From Gammaproteobacteria bacterium (GTDB lineage: Bacteria > Pseudomonadota > Gammaproteobacteria > Steroidobacterales > Steroidobacteraceae): a stretch of DNA of 64,000 nucleotides. This document shows, in pieces, positions 26,847-37,091 of the stretch; the first letter of the stretch is position 1; each line of letters opens with the position of its first letter. The position numbers and the translations under genes are program-made. Below the pieces are notes generated by a model. It was given only the letters and a program-made list of their open reading frames with translations. It had not been told where the DNA came from and ran no database searches. The DNA is taken from NCBI GenBank assembly GCA_028293805.1, contig JAQGOC010000273.1:1093-65092 (forward strand). Direction: 5' to 3'.

Positions 26847-28502
26847 ATGGCTACGACCGGAGTTCTTACCGCACCCGGCTTGCTTGACCGGGAACGCACC
26901 GTCGCCGGACCCGGATTCAGCCGCTGGCTGATCCCACCGGCCGCGCTGGCCATCCATCTTTGTATCGGCATGGCCTACGGCTTTTCCGTGTTCTGGCTGC
27001 CGCTGTCGCGGGCAGTAGGGATCACCGATCCGGTCGCCTGTGCGAGCGACATAGGATTCCTGGCGCGCGTGGTCAGCACCACCTGCGACTGGAAGATCTC
27101 CGAGCTGCAGTGGATGTTCATCCTGTTCTTCGTATTCCTCGGCTCCGCCGCCGCTCTGGGCGGGGGCTGGCTGGAGCGGGCCGGGCCGCGTAAGGCGGCG
27201 GTGGTCGCCGCCGTATGCTGGTGCGGCGGTCTCGTGATTTCCGCAGTGGGCGTCACTTTGCATCAGATCTGGCTGCTCTGGCTCGGCTCGGGCGTCATTG
27301 GCGGGATCGGGCTCGGCCTAGGCTACATCTCCCCGGTTTCGACTCTCATCAAATGGTTTCCGGACCGCCGTGGCATGGCCACGGGTATGGCGATCATGGG
27401 CTTCGGAGGCGGCGCCATGATCGGTGCGCCGCTGGCCGACAAGCTGATGAAGCACTTCGCGACCCCAACGAGCGTGGGAGTGTGGGAAACCTTTCTGACG
27501 CTGGCCGCCATCTACTTTGTCTTCATGCTCGGGGGCGCATTCGGCTACCGCGTGCCTCCGGAGGGCTGGCAGCCGCCCGGCTGGAATCCTGGCAGCGCAA
27601 CCAAGAAGGCGCTCGTCACCGACAAACACGTCGCCCTGGAAGTGGCGTGGCGGACGCAGCAGTTCTGGCTACTGTGGGCCGTCCTGTGCCTGAACGTCAC
27701 CGCAGGCATCGGCATTCTGGGCATGGCCTCCCCACTGCTGCAGGAAGTTTTCGGTGGAAGGCTCATCGGCGTGGAGGCGACGTTTGACCAGCTCAAGCCC
27801 GCGCAGAAGGGCCAGATCGCGGCACTCGCCGCCGGCTTCACCGGCCTTCTGTCGCTGTTCAATATTGCCGGCCGCATCTTCTGGGCCTCCCTGTCCGATC
27901 GTATCGGGCGCAAAGCGACCTACGCGATGTTCTTCCTGCTGGGGATTGCCCTCTACGCCTCGATCCCCTGGACCGCGGCGGCCGGGAGCCTCGCCCTGTT
28001 TGTCGCATTCTTCTGCGTCATCCTTTCCATGTATGGCGGCGGCTTTGCCACTGTGCCGGCCTATCTTGCGGACCTCTTCGGCACCCGGATGGTCGGTGCG
28101 ATTCACGGCCGGCTGTTGACGGCGTGGTCGGCCGCGGGAGTGCTGGGACCGGTACTCGTCAACTACATCCGTGAATATCAGCTCGATCACGGTATGGCGC
28201 GAGCTCAAGCCTATAGCGTAACGATGTTCGTCTTGGCCGGGCTGCTGGCCATCGGCTTCCTGTGCAACTGGCTGATCAAGCCGGTAGACCCCAGTCGCTA
28301 CATGAGCACGGCAACCTTGGAGGAAACCGCGCCAAAGCAAGCGGGTGCCGCGTCGCCCGCGCTCGCTTCGAACACTGCGCGCGTTGCGGGATCGCAAGGC
28401 ACGCCCGCATGGGTGGTTGCCGCGGCGTGGTTGGCGGTGTGGATTCCACTGGGCTGGGGTGTCTGGATCACTCTGCAAAAGGCGGTGCTGCTGTTCAAGT
28501 AG
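26847..28502 (+). CDS. MFS transporter, oxalate/formate antiporter (OFA) family
   Basis: N-terminus FSRWLIPPAALAIHLCIGMAYGFSVFWLPL is typical of OFA-family proteins. Twelve or more hydrophobic segments. Confidence 0.8.
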   Translation: MATTGVLTAPGLLDRERTVAGPGFSRWLIPPAALAIHLCIGMAYGFSVFWLPLSRAVGITDPVACASDIGFLARVVSTTCDWKISELQWMFILFFVFLGSAAALGGGWLERAGPRKAAVVAAVCWCGGLVISAVGVTLHQIWLLWLGSGVIGGIGLGLGYISPVSTLIKWFPDRRGMATGMAIMGFGGGAMIGAPLADKLMKHFATPTSVGVWETFLTLAAIYFVFMLGGAFGYRVPPEGWQPPGWNPGSATKKALVTDKHVALEVAWRTQQFWLLWAVLCLNVTAGIGILGMASPLLQEVFGGRLIGVEATFDQLKPAQKGQIAALAAGFTGLLSLFNIAGRIFWASLSDRIGRKATYAMFFLLGIALYASIPWTAAAGSLALFVAFFCVILSMYGGGFATVPAYLADLFGTRMVGAIHGRLLTAWSAAGVLGPVLVNYIREYQLDHGMARAQAYSVTMFVLAGLLAIGFLCNWLIKPVDPSRYMSTATLEETAPKQAGAASPALASNTARVAGSQGTPAWVVAAAWLAVWIPLGWGVWITLQKAVLLFK

Positions 28503-28603
28503 GCCGCCTCGTCAATCGCGGCGAACCCGATTACATCCCCATTGCTGCGGAACAAATGCCGCAGGGTCGCGTTCCTGTGCAGCGGCTGGCGAAGACTCAG
28601 GTG

Positions 28604-29188
28604 ATGGAGGATTTCATGGCGGAGAACGAACCGGGAAGACAAGCTTCAGGCAATGCCGCTGTGCTTTCGGATGTCGCCACGCTCCGGCAACGCGCCCGGG
28701 AGCACATCGAGGAAGGTGCGGTCACTCCCAGCTATCCGCAGGATCGGACCAAGATCGTGGGACTGCTGAATGAAGCGCTTGCGACCGAGCTGGTTTGCGT
28801 GCTGCGGTACAAGCGCCACTACTACATGGCCAAAGGCATTCGCGCCAAAGTGGCAGCGGCGGAATTTCTGGAACACGCGCAGCAGGAGCAGGCGCACTCC
28901 GAGTGGATCGCGGAGCGCATCGTGCAGCTGGGGGGAGATCCGGATATGAATCCCTCGACCCTGACCGCGCGCAGCCATGCGGAGTATGACGCGAACACCG
29001 AGCTCACGGCCATGCTGAAGGCGGATCTGATCGCCGAACGGGTGGCCATCGAAAGTTATCGTGAGATGATCAGTTACATCGGACCGCGCGATCCGACTAC
29101 CCGCCGCATCCTCGAGCGCGTGCTCGCCGAGGAAGAAGAGCACGCCGAAGATATCTCCGATCTCCTCACCGATAGCGCGCAGCGATAG
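28604..29188 (+). CDS. ferritin-like / bacterioferritin-family protein
   Basis: Internal ATG of ORF 28262..29188. LLNEALATELVCVLRYKRHYYMA...EFLEHAQQEQAHSEWIAERIVQLGG...ERVLAEEEEHAEDI carries four-helix-bundle di-iron ligand motifs (E, ExxH twice). Confidence 0.75.
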   Translation: MEDFMAENEPGRQASGNAAVLSDVATLRQRAREHIEEGAVTPSYPQDRTKIVGLLNEALATELVCVLRYKRHYYMAKGIRAKVAAAEFLEHAQQEQAHSEWIAERIVQLGGDPDMNPSTLTARSHAEYDANTELTAMLKADLIAERVAIESYREMISYIGPRDPTTRRILERVLAEEEEHAEDISDLLTDSAQR

Positions 29189-29218
29189 CGCGCTGTCCGC
29201 CCGACTATCCGGGACCGT

Positions 29219-31414
29219 TCAAACACTCTCTTCCATCGGCGCCTCGACGATATCCAGCACCGCGCCGACGCCTGTCCGCGTGGATTTCGCGCGCCGATTC
29301 GCGACGCTCAGGACAAACAGCAGCATCGAACGGCCCGTCACGTCGTACTGCGTATGAAACTCGAATGTGGGCGTATCGAAGTCCAGCGGCAGATTGGTGT
29401 CTATGAGGCGCGTCCACCGCTTGCCTTCCGGCACCTCCGGCAGCGTGAATTTCACGATGTCGTGATGCGCGTTGAAGATAATCAGCAGTGTTGCGTCGGA
29501 GCCTCGTTGCTTCACGCCCGTGGGTTGCGCGCGCCCGTCCAGGAGCATTCCGAAGGCCTTCGCCCGCACGTCCTGCCATTGCTCCTCGCTGATTTCGGAA
29601 CCGTCCGGCGAGAGCCAGGCGAGATCCTTCACGTCCAGCTCTGCGCTATGTTGTCCGAGCAGATACCGGCCGCGGCGCAGCATCGGATACGCCTTGCGCA
29701 GCGCGATGAGCTTGCGAGTGAACTCCAGCAACATCCGTCCCTCTTGCGTGACGGCGCCCCAATCGATCCAGTTGAGCTCGTTGTCCTGGCCGTAAACGTT
29801 GTTATTGCCCTTCTGGGTGCGGCCGAGCTCGTCGCCCGCCAGGAGCATGGGAGTTCCCTGCGAGAGCAGCAGCGTAGCCAGGAAGTTCCGCTTCTGCCGC
29901 TCCCGCAACGCCGTTATCCTGGGGTCGTCGGTGGGTCCCTCGACACCGTGATTCCAGGAGTGATTGTTGTCGGTGCCGTCGCGGTTTCCCTCGCCATTGG
30001 CCTCGTTGTGCTTCTCGTCATATGAGACCAGGTCGTTGAGGTTGAAACCATCGTGCGCCGTGATGAAGTTGACGCTCGACCACGGCCGGCGGCCGCGTTG
30101 ATTGAAGATATCGCCCGAACCGGCAACGCGCCGCGCGAGCTCGGCCATCGTGGCCTCGTCACCCTTCCAGAATGCGCGCACCGCGTCGCGGTACTTGTCG
30201 TTCCATTCGGCCCAGCCGGGCGGAAAACGCGCTACCTGGTACCCGCCCGGACCGACATCCCAGGGCTCGGCAATGAGCTTCACACCCGAGAGGATCGGAT
30301 CCTGCCGGCAGGAGTCGAGAAATCCGCCGCCCTCGTCGAACCCGTATGGCTCGCGAGCCAGTATGGTGGCGAGGTCGAAACGGAAACCGTCGACGTGCAT
30401 CTCGGTCGTCCAGTAGCGCAGCGAGTCGGTGACCATCTGCAGCACCCGCGGGTGGCTCAGGTTGACCGTGTTGCCCGTCCCCGTATCGTTGATGTAGTAG
30501 CGTGGCTTGTCCGGCAGCAGCCGATAGTAGCTCGCGTTGTCGATTCCCTTGAAAGACAGGGTCGGGCCCCCTTCGTTGCCTTCCGCCGTGTGGTTGTAGA
30601 CCACGTCCAGGATTACCTCCAGTCCCGCGGCGTGCAGCTGGTTGATCATCTCCTTCACTTCGTTCGCAAATCCCGTCGCCATGTAGCGCGGCTCGGGCGC
30701 GAAGAACCCGATGCTGTTGTAGCCCCAGTAGTTGACCAGGCCCTTGTCGACCAGGTAGCGGTCATCGAAATAGGCATGAATGGGCAGCAGCTCGATCGAC
30801 GTGACGCCGAGCCGCCGCAGATACTCGACCACGCGAGCGTCGCCGAGCGCCGAAAACTTGCCGCGCAGCTCCTCAGGCACGCGCGGGTTCAGTTGCGTGA
30901 ACCCCTTTACGTGCATCTCGTAGAGGATCGTCTGATCCCAGGGAATCTGCGGCCGGTGCTCATTGCCCCAGGTGAAAGCAGGGTCGATCACGCGGGACTT
31001 GGGGACGAAGGGCGCGCTGTCCCGTTCGTCGAAGGAAAGGTCCTTGTCCTTCGAGCCGATCGTATAGCCGAACAAGGCGTCGTCCCATTTCAGCGTGCCG
31101 ACCAACTGCTTCGCATAGGGGTCGATCAGCAGCTTGCTTGGATTGAAGCGGTGGCCGGCGTCCGGCTCGTACGGGCCGTGGACGCGGTAGCCGTATACCG
31201 TGCCGGGACGGGCGTCAGGCAGATAGCCGTGCCAGACCTCATCCGTGTACTCGGGGAGATCGAAACGCTCGACCTCCGTGTTACCGTCGTTGTCGAATAT
31301 GCAGACCTCCACGCGGTGCGCATTCGCCGAAAACAAGGCGAAGTTGACTCCGAGACCATCCCAGGTGGCGCCCAGCGGGAAGGGTCGCCCCTCCCGGACA
31401 GGAACCCGCCTCAT
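29219..31414 (-). CDS. glgX: glycogen debranching enzyme
   Basis: GRPFPLGATWDGLGVNFALFSANAHRVEVCIFD...VILDVVYNHTAEG...GFRFDLA...AEPWD...FITAHDGFNLNDLVSY contains the GH13 conserved regions typical of GlgX. Confidence 0.9.
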   Translation of the reverse strand: MRRVPVREGRPFPLGATWDGLGVNFALFSANAHRVEVCIFDNDGNTEVERFDLPEYTDEVWHGYLPDARPGTVYGYRVHGPYEPDAGHRFNPSKLLIDPYAKQLVGTLKWDDALFGYTIGSKDKDLSFDERDSAPFVPKSRVIDPAFTWGNEHRPQIPWDQTILYEMHVKGFTQLNPRVPEELRGKFSALGDARVVEYLRRLGVTSIELLPIHAYFDDRYLVDKGLVNYWGYNSIGFFAPEPRYMATGFANEVKEMINQLHAAGLEVILDVVYNHTAEGNEGGPTLSFKGIDNASYYRLLPDKPRYYINDTGTGNTVNLSHPRVLQMVTDSLRYWTTEMHVDGFRFDLATILAREPYGFDEGGGFLDSCRQDPILSGVKLIAEPWDVGPGGYQVARFPPGWAEWNDKYRDAVRAFWKGDEATMAELARRVAGSGDIFNQRGRRPWSSVNFITAHDGFNLNDLVSYDEKHNEANGEGNRDGTDNNHSWNHGVEGPTDDPRITALRERQKRNFLATLLLSQGTPMLLAGDELGRTQKGNNNVYGQDNELNWIDWGAVTQEGRMLLEFTRKLIALRKAYPMLRRGRYLLGQHSAELDVKDLAWLSPDGSEISEEQWQDVRAKAFGMLLDGRAQPTGVKQRGSDATLLIIFNAHHDIVKFTLPEVPEGKRWTRLIDTNLPLDFDTPTFEFHTQYDVTGRSMLLFVLSVANRRAKSTRTGVGAVLDIVEAPMEESV

Positions 31415-31820
31415 TTATCGGCCACGGGCGCGAAGCACCGGCGTGCAGACGGCACCGGTCGCTGCGTTATCGAATGACATGAGACCTGCTGCTCCGGGTC
31501 GTGGATCAAGATTGAAGGGTAAAAGCGCCGCATGCCGGTGCCGGACGCAGTCTGCCCGCCTCGAAGCAGCAAGGCGCATGCCACGCTTGACTTGCGGCCG
31601 CGCAGGCGCCCTCCGACGGCGCTCCGGATTCCCGGCAACGATGCTCACCCTCGCGAAATGCTGAAGCCGAGCCGTGATGTCAGCGGTATCGACCAGCCAC
31701 CTTAGTCGGAGCAGTCTTACAGGAAGGTCAGCCAGCGACCTATGACCGCAGTCCGGCGCGTGCGCGAAAGTTGCTAGGACGTTTACTGCTCCAAATTGGA
31801 GCTCTTGGGAGAGAGCGGCA

Positions 31821-31973
31821 ATGCTTCATTACGCCATCGTGTTTTTTGTCATCGCGATCATCGCGGCCGTGCTGGGCTTCGGTGGCATTGCGGCCAGCGC
31901 GGCCGGCATCGCGAAGATCCTGTTCTTCGTGTTCCTGATTCTTGCCGTCGTGACCTTCCTGCGGCGGGCTTAG
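31821..31973 (+). CDS. DUF1328-family small membrane protein (50 aa; below the ORF-track cutoff)
   Basis: Hand translation gives [50 protein letters not shown]. The MLxYAxxFxxIAxIAAxLGFGG signature is typical of DUF1328/YtjA. GGGAGAGAG lies upstream of the ATG. Confidence 0.7.
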   Translation: MLHYAIVFFVIAIIAAVLGFGGIAASAAGIAKILFFVFLILAVVTFLRRA

Positions 31974-31992
31974 CTAGTTAGAAGGAGTCGTC

Positions 31993-32238
31993 ATGGGTAA
32001 TACAGACAAGCCGAATGTTCAGGGCGAGGGCGATTACGAAGCCGCGCGCCGCTATCGCAAGGAGGTGAAGGAGTTCGTCGACAAGGCGGACATCGACAAG
32101 GCCGCGCACGAGGCTGCGCCGAAGTCGTCCGCCGAGCAATCGGAGATGGAGGCAGCCGAGCGTATCGGCCGCTCGCACTCGAAAGCTGGCGAAGAGCGCG
32201 ACATGGACCTGAAGTCGACCACGAAGCCAGCCAAATAG
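31993..32238 (+). CDS. small hydrophilic hypothetical protein
   Basis: 81-aa charged ORF (MGNTDKPNVQGEGDYEAARRYRKEVKEFV...) with GAAGGAG 6 nt upstream. It lies 19 nt after the DUF1328 gene. I cannot name a family. Confidence 0.5.
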   Translation: MGNTDKPNVQGEGDYEAARRYRKEVKEFVDKADIDKAAHEAAPKSSAEQSEMEAAERIGRSHSKAGEERDMDLKSTTKPAK

Positions 32239-32272
32239 CGCATCCGTGTCCCCTTGAAGCCCCGTCGCGAGA

Positions 32273-32294
32273 GCCTGGCCCTTCGGGGCCAGGC
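32273..32294. terminator. GC-rich hairpin between convergent genes
   Basis: GCCTGGCCC TTCG GGGCCAGGC sits between the stop at 32238 (+) and the stop at 32334 (-). There is no clear U-tract. Confidence 0.4.
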
Positions 32295-32333
32295 GGATGG
32301 GGCAACACCCGGCCACCCCGGTCAGGAAGGTCT

Positions 32334-33728
32334 CTACTGAAGCTGCGAGGACGTCCAGCCTCCCCCTAGCGCCTGGACCATCGTTACGCTCGCCGTAAGA
32401 CGATTCACCAGGACACTCAATGCGGACTGCTCGCTCGAGAGCCGGATCGTCTGTGCGGCAATCACGCTGCTGTAGGGCACCGTGCCCGCTTTGTACTGGT
32501 TGAGGGTGAGCCTTTCCGCCTCTCTCGCCGCCTGCACCAGCTGATCTTCGATCGCTGCCTGCCGTTCGAGCACGCGCAAGGTGACGATCTCATCCTCCAC
32601 TTGCTCAAAGCCGGCCAGCACGGTCTGCCGATAATCGTCGACGCTCTGCTCCCAGGCCGCTCGCGCCTGCGCCACCTGCGCGCGATGCAGGCCGCCCGCG
32701 AACAATGTCCCGGCGAGCGATGGGCCCACTGACCAGACACGATTCGGAATGTTGAACAGCTGACCGAACGAGCTACCCGTGTACTGGTCGGAGCCCGTCA
32801 GCGACAGGCTCGGGAAGTAAGCCGCTTTGGCCACGCCAATCTGGGCATTGGAGGCAGCGACCCTGCGCTCCGCCTGCGCCACGTCCGGCCGCCTTTCGAG
32901 AAGGCTCGATGGGACACCTGCCGGGACGGTCGGCACGTCGGCTCGCATCGCCACCGGGGTCACGGAGAAGTTCGCGGGCTGCTGCCCGAGCAACACGGCA
33001 ATCGCGTGCTCGAGGATCGCCCGCTGAATGGCCGCATTGACCTGCTGTGCCTGACTCGACAGCAGCTGCGTCTGCGCGCTCACGACATCGGCCTTGGCGG
33101 CGACGCCAACTCGATAACGATTCTCCGTGATCTTCAGCGATTGCTGTTGGGCCGTAACGGTATCGTTGAGGAGGATCTGCAATTGATCCTGGCCGCGCAG
33201 CTGGAAGTAGTCAGCCGCCAGATCAGCCTGCGCCAACAGGCGCGCTCCGGCGAGCGTAGCTTCGCTTGCCTGCGCTGAGGCGCGGCTACTTTCCGTGGAA
33301 CGGCGGATCTGGCCCCAGATGTCGAGATTCCAGATGCCCGACACTCCCGCGCCGACGAAGGTGCGCGCTGGCGCAGTACCCACACCTTCACGTGCCGGTC
33401 CCCCGGAAGCGGTAATCGTGGGCCAGAAGCCCGCCTTCGCCTGGTTCACCAGGGCCCGGGCCTGCTCGACGGCCGCCGCCGCGGATTTCACGTTCAGGTT
33501 CGAAATGTCGATCTGGTCTTCGAGCCCGTTCAGCACATCGTCATTGAAAATGTGCCACCACGGACCGCGACTGAGCACATCGGCGGGCTCGCTGGGCTTC
33601 CAGCCGTTTTCCTCCTTGAAGCTCTGGGCAGTCTCGACCTGCGGCCGTTTGTAGTCAGGACCTACGGCGCACGCGGTAACGAGTGCGCATCCGCATGCGA
33701 ATAGCACTCCACGGCCGAAATTCATCAT
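32334..33728 (-). CDS. RND efflux outer-membrane factor lipoprotein (NodT family)
   Basis: Lipobox LVTACAVGPDYKRP (the canonical NodT start) and two OEP repeats. The gene lies 21 nt downstream of the RND pump. Confidence 0.9.
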   Translation of the reverse strand: MMNFGRGVLFACGCALVTACAVGPDYKRPQVETAQSFKEENGWKPSEPADVLSRGPWWHIFNDDVLNGLEDQIDISNLNVKSAAAAVEQARALVNQAKAGFWPTITASGGPAREGVGTAPARTFVGAGVSGIWNLDIWGQIRRSTESSRASAQASEATLAGARLLAQADLAADYFQLRGQDQLQILLNDTVTAQQQSLKITENRYRVGVAAKADVVSAQTQLLSSQAQQVNAAIQRAILEHAIAVLLGQQPANFSVTPVAMRADVPTVPAGVPSSLLERRPDVAQAERRVAASNAQIGVAKAAYFPSLSLTGSDQYTGSSFGQLFNIPNRVWSVGPSLAGTLFAGGLHRAQVAQARAAWEQSVDDYRQTVLAGFEQVEDEIVTLRVLERQAAIEDQLVQAAREAERLTLNQYKAGTVPYSSVIAAQTIRLSSEQSALSVLVNRLTASVTMVQALGGGWTSSQLQ

Positions 33729-33749
33729 GTGCGTATCAGTATCAGTTCG

Positions 33750-36700
33750 TTAATTGTTCGGTGTCGGCGACCAGCCCGAGTCCACGTGGTGGCGTTCCTG
33801 CATGGGCTTTTTCTTGCGCGAAAAGCGATGGACGTACAAGTAGACGACAGGCGTCGTGTAGAGCGTCAGAAGCTGGCTTACGATCAGGCCACCGACAATT
33901 GAGATGCCCAACGGGCGACGCATCTCGGTACCCTCGCCGGAGGCTATGGCCAAGGGCAGAGCGCCGGCGATGGCCGCACAGGTCGTCATCATGATCGGCC
34001 GAAAGCGCAGGGAACATGCACGGGCAATAGCGGCGCGCGGGTCTAGTCCCAGGGTGCGCTCGGCCTCCAGCGCGAAGTCGACCATCATGATGGCGTTCTT
34101 TTTCACAATTCCGATCAGCAGCAATATTCCCAGAAAGGCAATCAGGCTGAACTCCGTGTCGGTGGCCATCAGCGCCAGCAGCGCTCCCAGTCCTGCAGAG
34201 GGCAATGTAGAGATAATGGTGAGCGGCTGGCTGTAGCTTTCATACAGGACGCCGAGAACGACGTAGATTGCCAGCAACGCCGCTGCGAGCATGAGAGGCT
34301 GGCTGCTGGTGTTCTGTTGGAACAACCGCGCAGTGCCGTAAGCGCCGCCACGAATGCTCGCCGGCATATGGATCTCGTTCATGGTGCGCTCGATCGCCGC
34401 CAGCCCGGCGCTGATCGATACCCCTTCCGGGAGATTGTATGAAATGGAAGTGGAGACCGACGTGCCGGTGTGATTGACACTCACGGGTGTCGTATTGATG
34501 GCCAGGCGACTGAAGGCCGAGAACGGGACGACGGTTTCAGGGCTCACGCTGACGGCCGCACCGGTCGACGTGTTGCCACGACCCGCATTCGCGAGCGAAT
34601 TGGCCGCGAGATTGCGTGCCACATCCGCAGCCACCGCGGCAGCGCTATTCGAAGCCGCTGCCGCCGTCGTTTTGAACTTTGTGGTGCCCGCAACCGCCTG
34701 CGTAGCCTGCGTGCCGCTCACCGACCCGCCAGAGGTGCTGACGTACAGCATTTTCAGAACCTCCGGGTTCTGCCAGAACTCGGGCGCGACTTCCATGACC
34801 ACATGGTATTGCTGCGGGCTGAATGGGTTGTAGATGGTCGACACCTGCGCCTGGGCGAAGGCATCGCCGAGCGAGTTGTCGATCTGGCTTTCGGTAAGTC
34901 CGAGCCGCGACGCGCTGTCCCGATCGACGATCACGTCGGCCTCCAGCCCGCCAGGCTGCAGGTCCGAATCCACATCCGTGATTTCGGGCACGGCCTGTAG
35001 CGCGCGGCGCAGATTTGCCGACCAGGTGCGCAACTCGGTGAGATCATCACCCAATAGTGTGTATTGATACTCCGAGTTGGCCGATCGGCCGCCACCGCCG
35101 CCGCCCAGATCCTGCACCGCCTGGAGGAACGTGCGCACGCCCGTCACCTTCTCGAGTTGCGGCCGCAACCGGGCGATGATGGCATCCGCGGAGATCCTGC
35201 GTTCGGCGAGAGGTTTCAGCGTCACACTGACGCTCGCGCCGGCTCCGCCTCCCCCTCCCGGCCCGAAGCCGCCGCCGCCCACCGACCCGGTCACGGCGGC
35301 AACCGCCGGGTCGCGCCGGATGATCGCCGCAACCTGCTGCAGCTTGCCCTTCATGAGTTGGAAGGAGCTGAAGGCGTCGCCGCGGATGCCGCCCTGTAGC
35401 TGTCCGGTGTCCTGTTGCGGAAAGAATCCCTTCGGCACCACGATATACAGGTAGACATTCAGGCCGACCGTCACCAGCAGAATCAGCATCATCAGCGGGC
35501 GGTGATCCAGCGCCCAGCCGAGCGTCCGCTCGTAGCCGCGCCGCATCGAATGAAAGCCGCGCTCGAATCCGCGTCCGAACCATGAAAGATCGGTGCGCCG
35601 CTCGCGGCCCAGCAGCCGCGAGCACATCATCGGAGTCGTGGTCAACGAAACGACGAGTGAGATCAGAATCGCCACCGACAAGGTGATCGTGAACTCACGG
35701 AACAGCTTGCCGACAATACCGCCGGCGAGCATGAACGGAATGAACACCGCGATCAGCGACAGGCTCATGGACAGGACGGTAAAGCCGACTTCCTTAGCTC
35801 CCAGCAGCGCGGCCTGCATGCGGCTCATACCCTCTTCGATATGGCGCGTCGTATTTTCCATGACCACGATGGCATCATCGACCACGAAGCCCGTGGCGAT
35901 GGTGAGCGCCATCAGCGAGAAATTGTCGAGCGTGTAGTCCAGCAGGTACATCGCACCGAAAGTGCCGACCAGGGAGACGGGAACGACGAGGGCGGGGATC
36001 AGGGCGGCACGGTAGCTGTGCAGGAAAATGTAGACGACGAGGATGACCATGGCCACGGCCAGGATCAGAGTCTGTTCGACCTGGCGCAAGGAGGCGCGGA
36101 TGGTCAGCGAGCGGTCGAAGGTGACCACGAGATCGATTTTCGGGTCGATGGAGGCCCGCAGCAGCGGCAGCTCTGCTTTGACCTCGTCGACGACCTGGAC
36201 AATGTTGGCACCCGGCTGCTGGAACACCTGCACCGACACCGCGGGCTTGCCGTTGTAAAGACCGTACGTGCGGATGTTCTCGGTGGCGCCGTCCTGCATG
36301 TCAGTGACGGTCGCGACATCCCCGAGCCGCACGATCGCGCCATTGCGGTTCGCGATGATCAGATTCCGGTAAGGCTCGGCATCGCGGGCATTGTCGTTCG
36401 TGTAGATCTGATAGTGCAGCAGGTCCGATTCGATGGCGCCCTTGGGTGCGTTCGCATTCGAATTGGAAATCGCGGCGCGGATGTCCTGGAGGCCGATACC
36501 GTATTTCGACAGCGAGAGCGGATTTACCTCGACCCGCACGGCCGGCAGCGCGCTCCCGTTGACGTTTACGCCGCCGACCCCCTTGAGTTGCGACAGGCGC
36601 TGCGAGATCACCGCGTCCGCGGCGTCGAATATCTGGCCCTGGGTCAGCACATCCGAGGTCATCGCGATGTTCATGACCGGAAACATCGAGCTGTTGAGTT

Positions 36701-37091
36701 TCCGATAGGAGGGATTGCGCGTCAGGGCCGAAGGTAGATCGGCATGCGCCGCCACGATCGCCGCCTGCACGTCACGGGCAGCACCGTCGATGTCGCGATC
36801 GATGCCGAAGGCGAGCTGGATGTTGGTCGAACCCGTATTGCTCGAGGACGTCATGTCGTCAACGTCCGCGATGGCCCCCAGATGGCGCTCCAGCGGTGTC
36901 GCCACCGAGCTCGCCATGACCTCCGGGCTGGCTCCGGGAAGCGATGCCGACACGAAGATGGCCGGCGCCTCGATTCTCGGCAGCGGCGCCACTCCCAGCA
37001 GCGGAAACGTCGAGACGCCAGCCAACGCGACGCCGATCGTCAACAGAATAGTTGCCACGGGTCTCGCGATGAAGGGCGCCGAAATATTCAC
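33750..37091 (-). CDS. mdtC: RND multidrug efflux permease, MdtC-like, with low-complexity insertions
   Basis: The GTG start overlaps the mdtB stop (GTGA). [25 protein letters not shown] is the canonical RND N-terminus. The ORF-track entry 33750..37355 over-extends into mdtB. Confidence 0.85.
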   Translation of the reverse strand: MNISAPFIARPVATILLTIGVALAGVSTFPLLGVAPLPRIEAPAIFVSASLPGASPEVMASSVATPLERHLGAIADVDDMTSSSNTGSTNIQLAFGIDRDIDGAARDVQAAIVAAHADLPSALTRNPSYRKLNSSMFPVMNIAMTSDVLTQGQIFDAADAVISQRLSQLKGVGGVNVNGSALPAVRVEVNPLSLSKYGIGLQDIRAAISNSNANAPKGAIESDLLHYQIYTNDNARDAEPYRNLIIANRNGAIVRLGDVATVTDMQDGATENIRTYGLYNGKPAVSVQVFQQPGANIVQVVDEVKAELPLLRASIDPKIDLVVTFDRSLTIRASLRQVEQTLILAVAMVILVVYIFLHSYRAALIPALVVPVSLVGTFGAMYLLDYTLDNFSLMALTIATGFVVDDAIVVMENTTRHIEEGMSRMQAALLGAKEVGFTVLSMSLSLIAVFIPFMLAGGIVGKLFREFTITLSVAILISLVVSLTTTPMMCSRLLGRERRTDLSWFGRGFERGFHSMRRGYERTLGWALDHRPLMMLILLVTVGLNVYLYIVVPKGFFPQQDTGQLQGGIRGDAFSSFQLMKGKLQQVAAIIRRDPAVAAVTGSVGGGGFGPGGGGGAGASVSVTLKPLAERRISADAIIARLRPQLEKVTGVRTFLQAVQDLGGGGGGRSANSEYQYTLLGDDLTELRTWSANLRRALQAVPEITDVDSDLQPGGLEADVIVDRDSASRLGLTESQIDNSLGDAFAQAQVSTIYNPFSPQQYHVVMEVAPEFWQNPEVLKMLYVSTSGGSVSGTQATQAVAGTTKFKTTAAAASNSAAAVAADVARNLAANSLANAGRGNTSTGAAVSVSPETVVPFSAFSRLAINTTPVSVNHTGTSVSTSISYNLPEGVSISAGLAAIERTMNEIHMPASIRGGAYGTARLFQQNTSSQPLMLAAALLAIYVVLGVLYESYSQPLTIISTLPSAGLGALLALMATDTEFSLIAFLGILLLIGIVKKNAIMMVDFALEAERTLGLDPRAAIARACSLRFRPIMMTTCAAIAGALPLAIASGEGTEMRRPLGISIVGGLIVSQLLTLYTTPVVYLYVHRFSRKKKPMQERHHVDSGWSPTPNN

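Noticed and set aside
30053-31477. 474-aa plus-strand ORF
   Set aside because: It runs antisense to glgX and is a shadow ORF.
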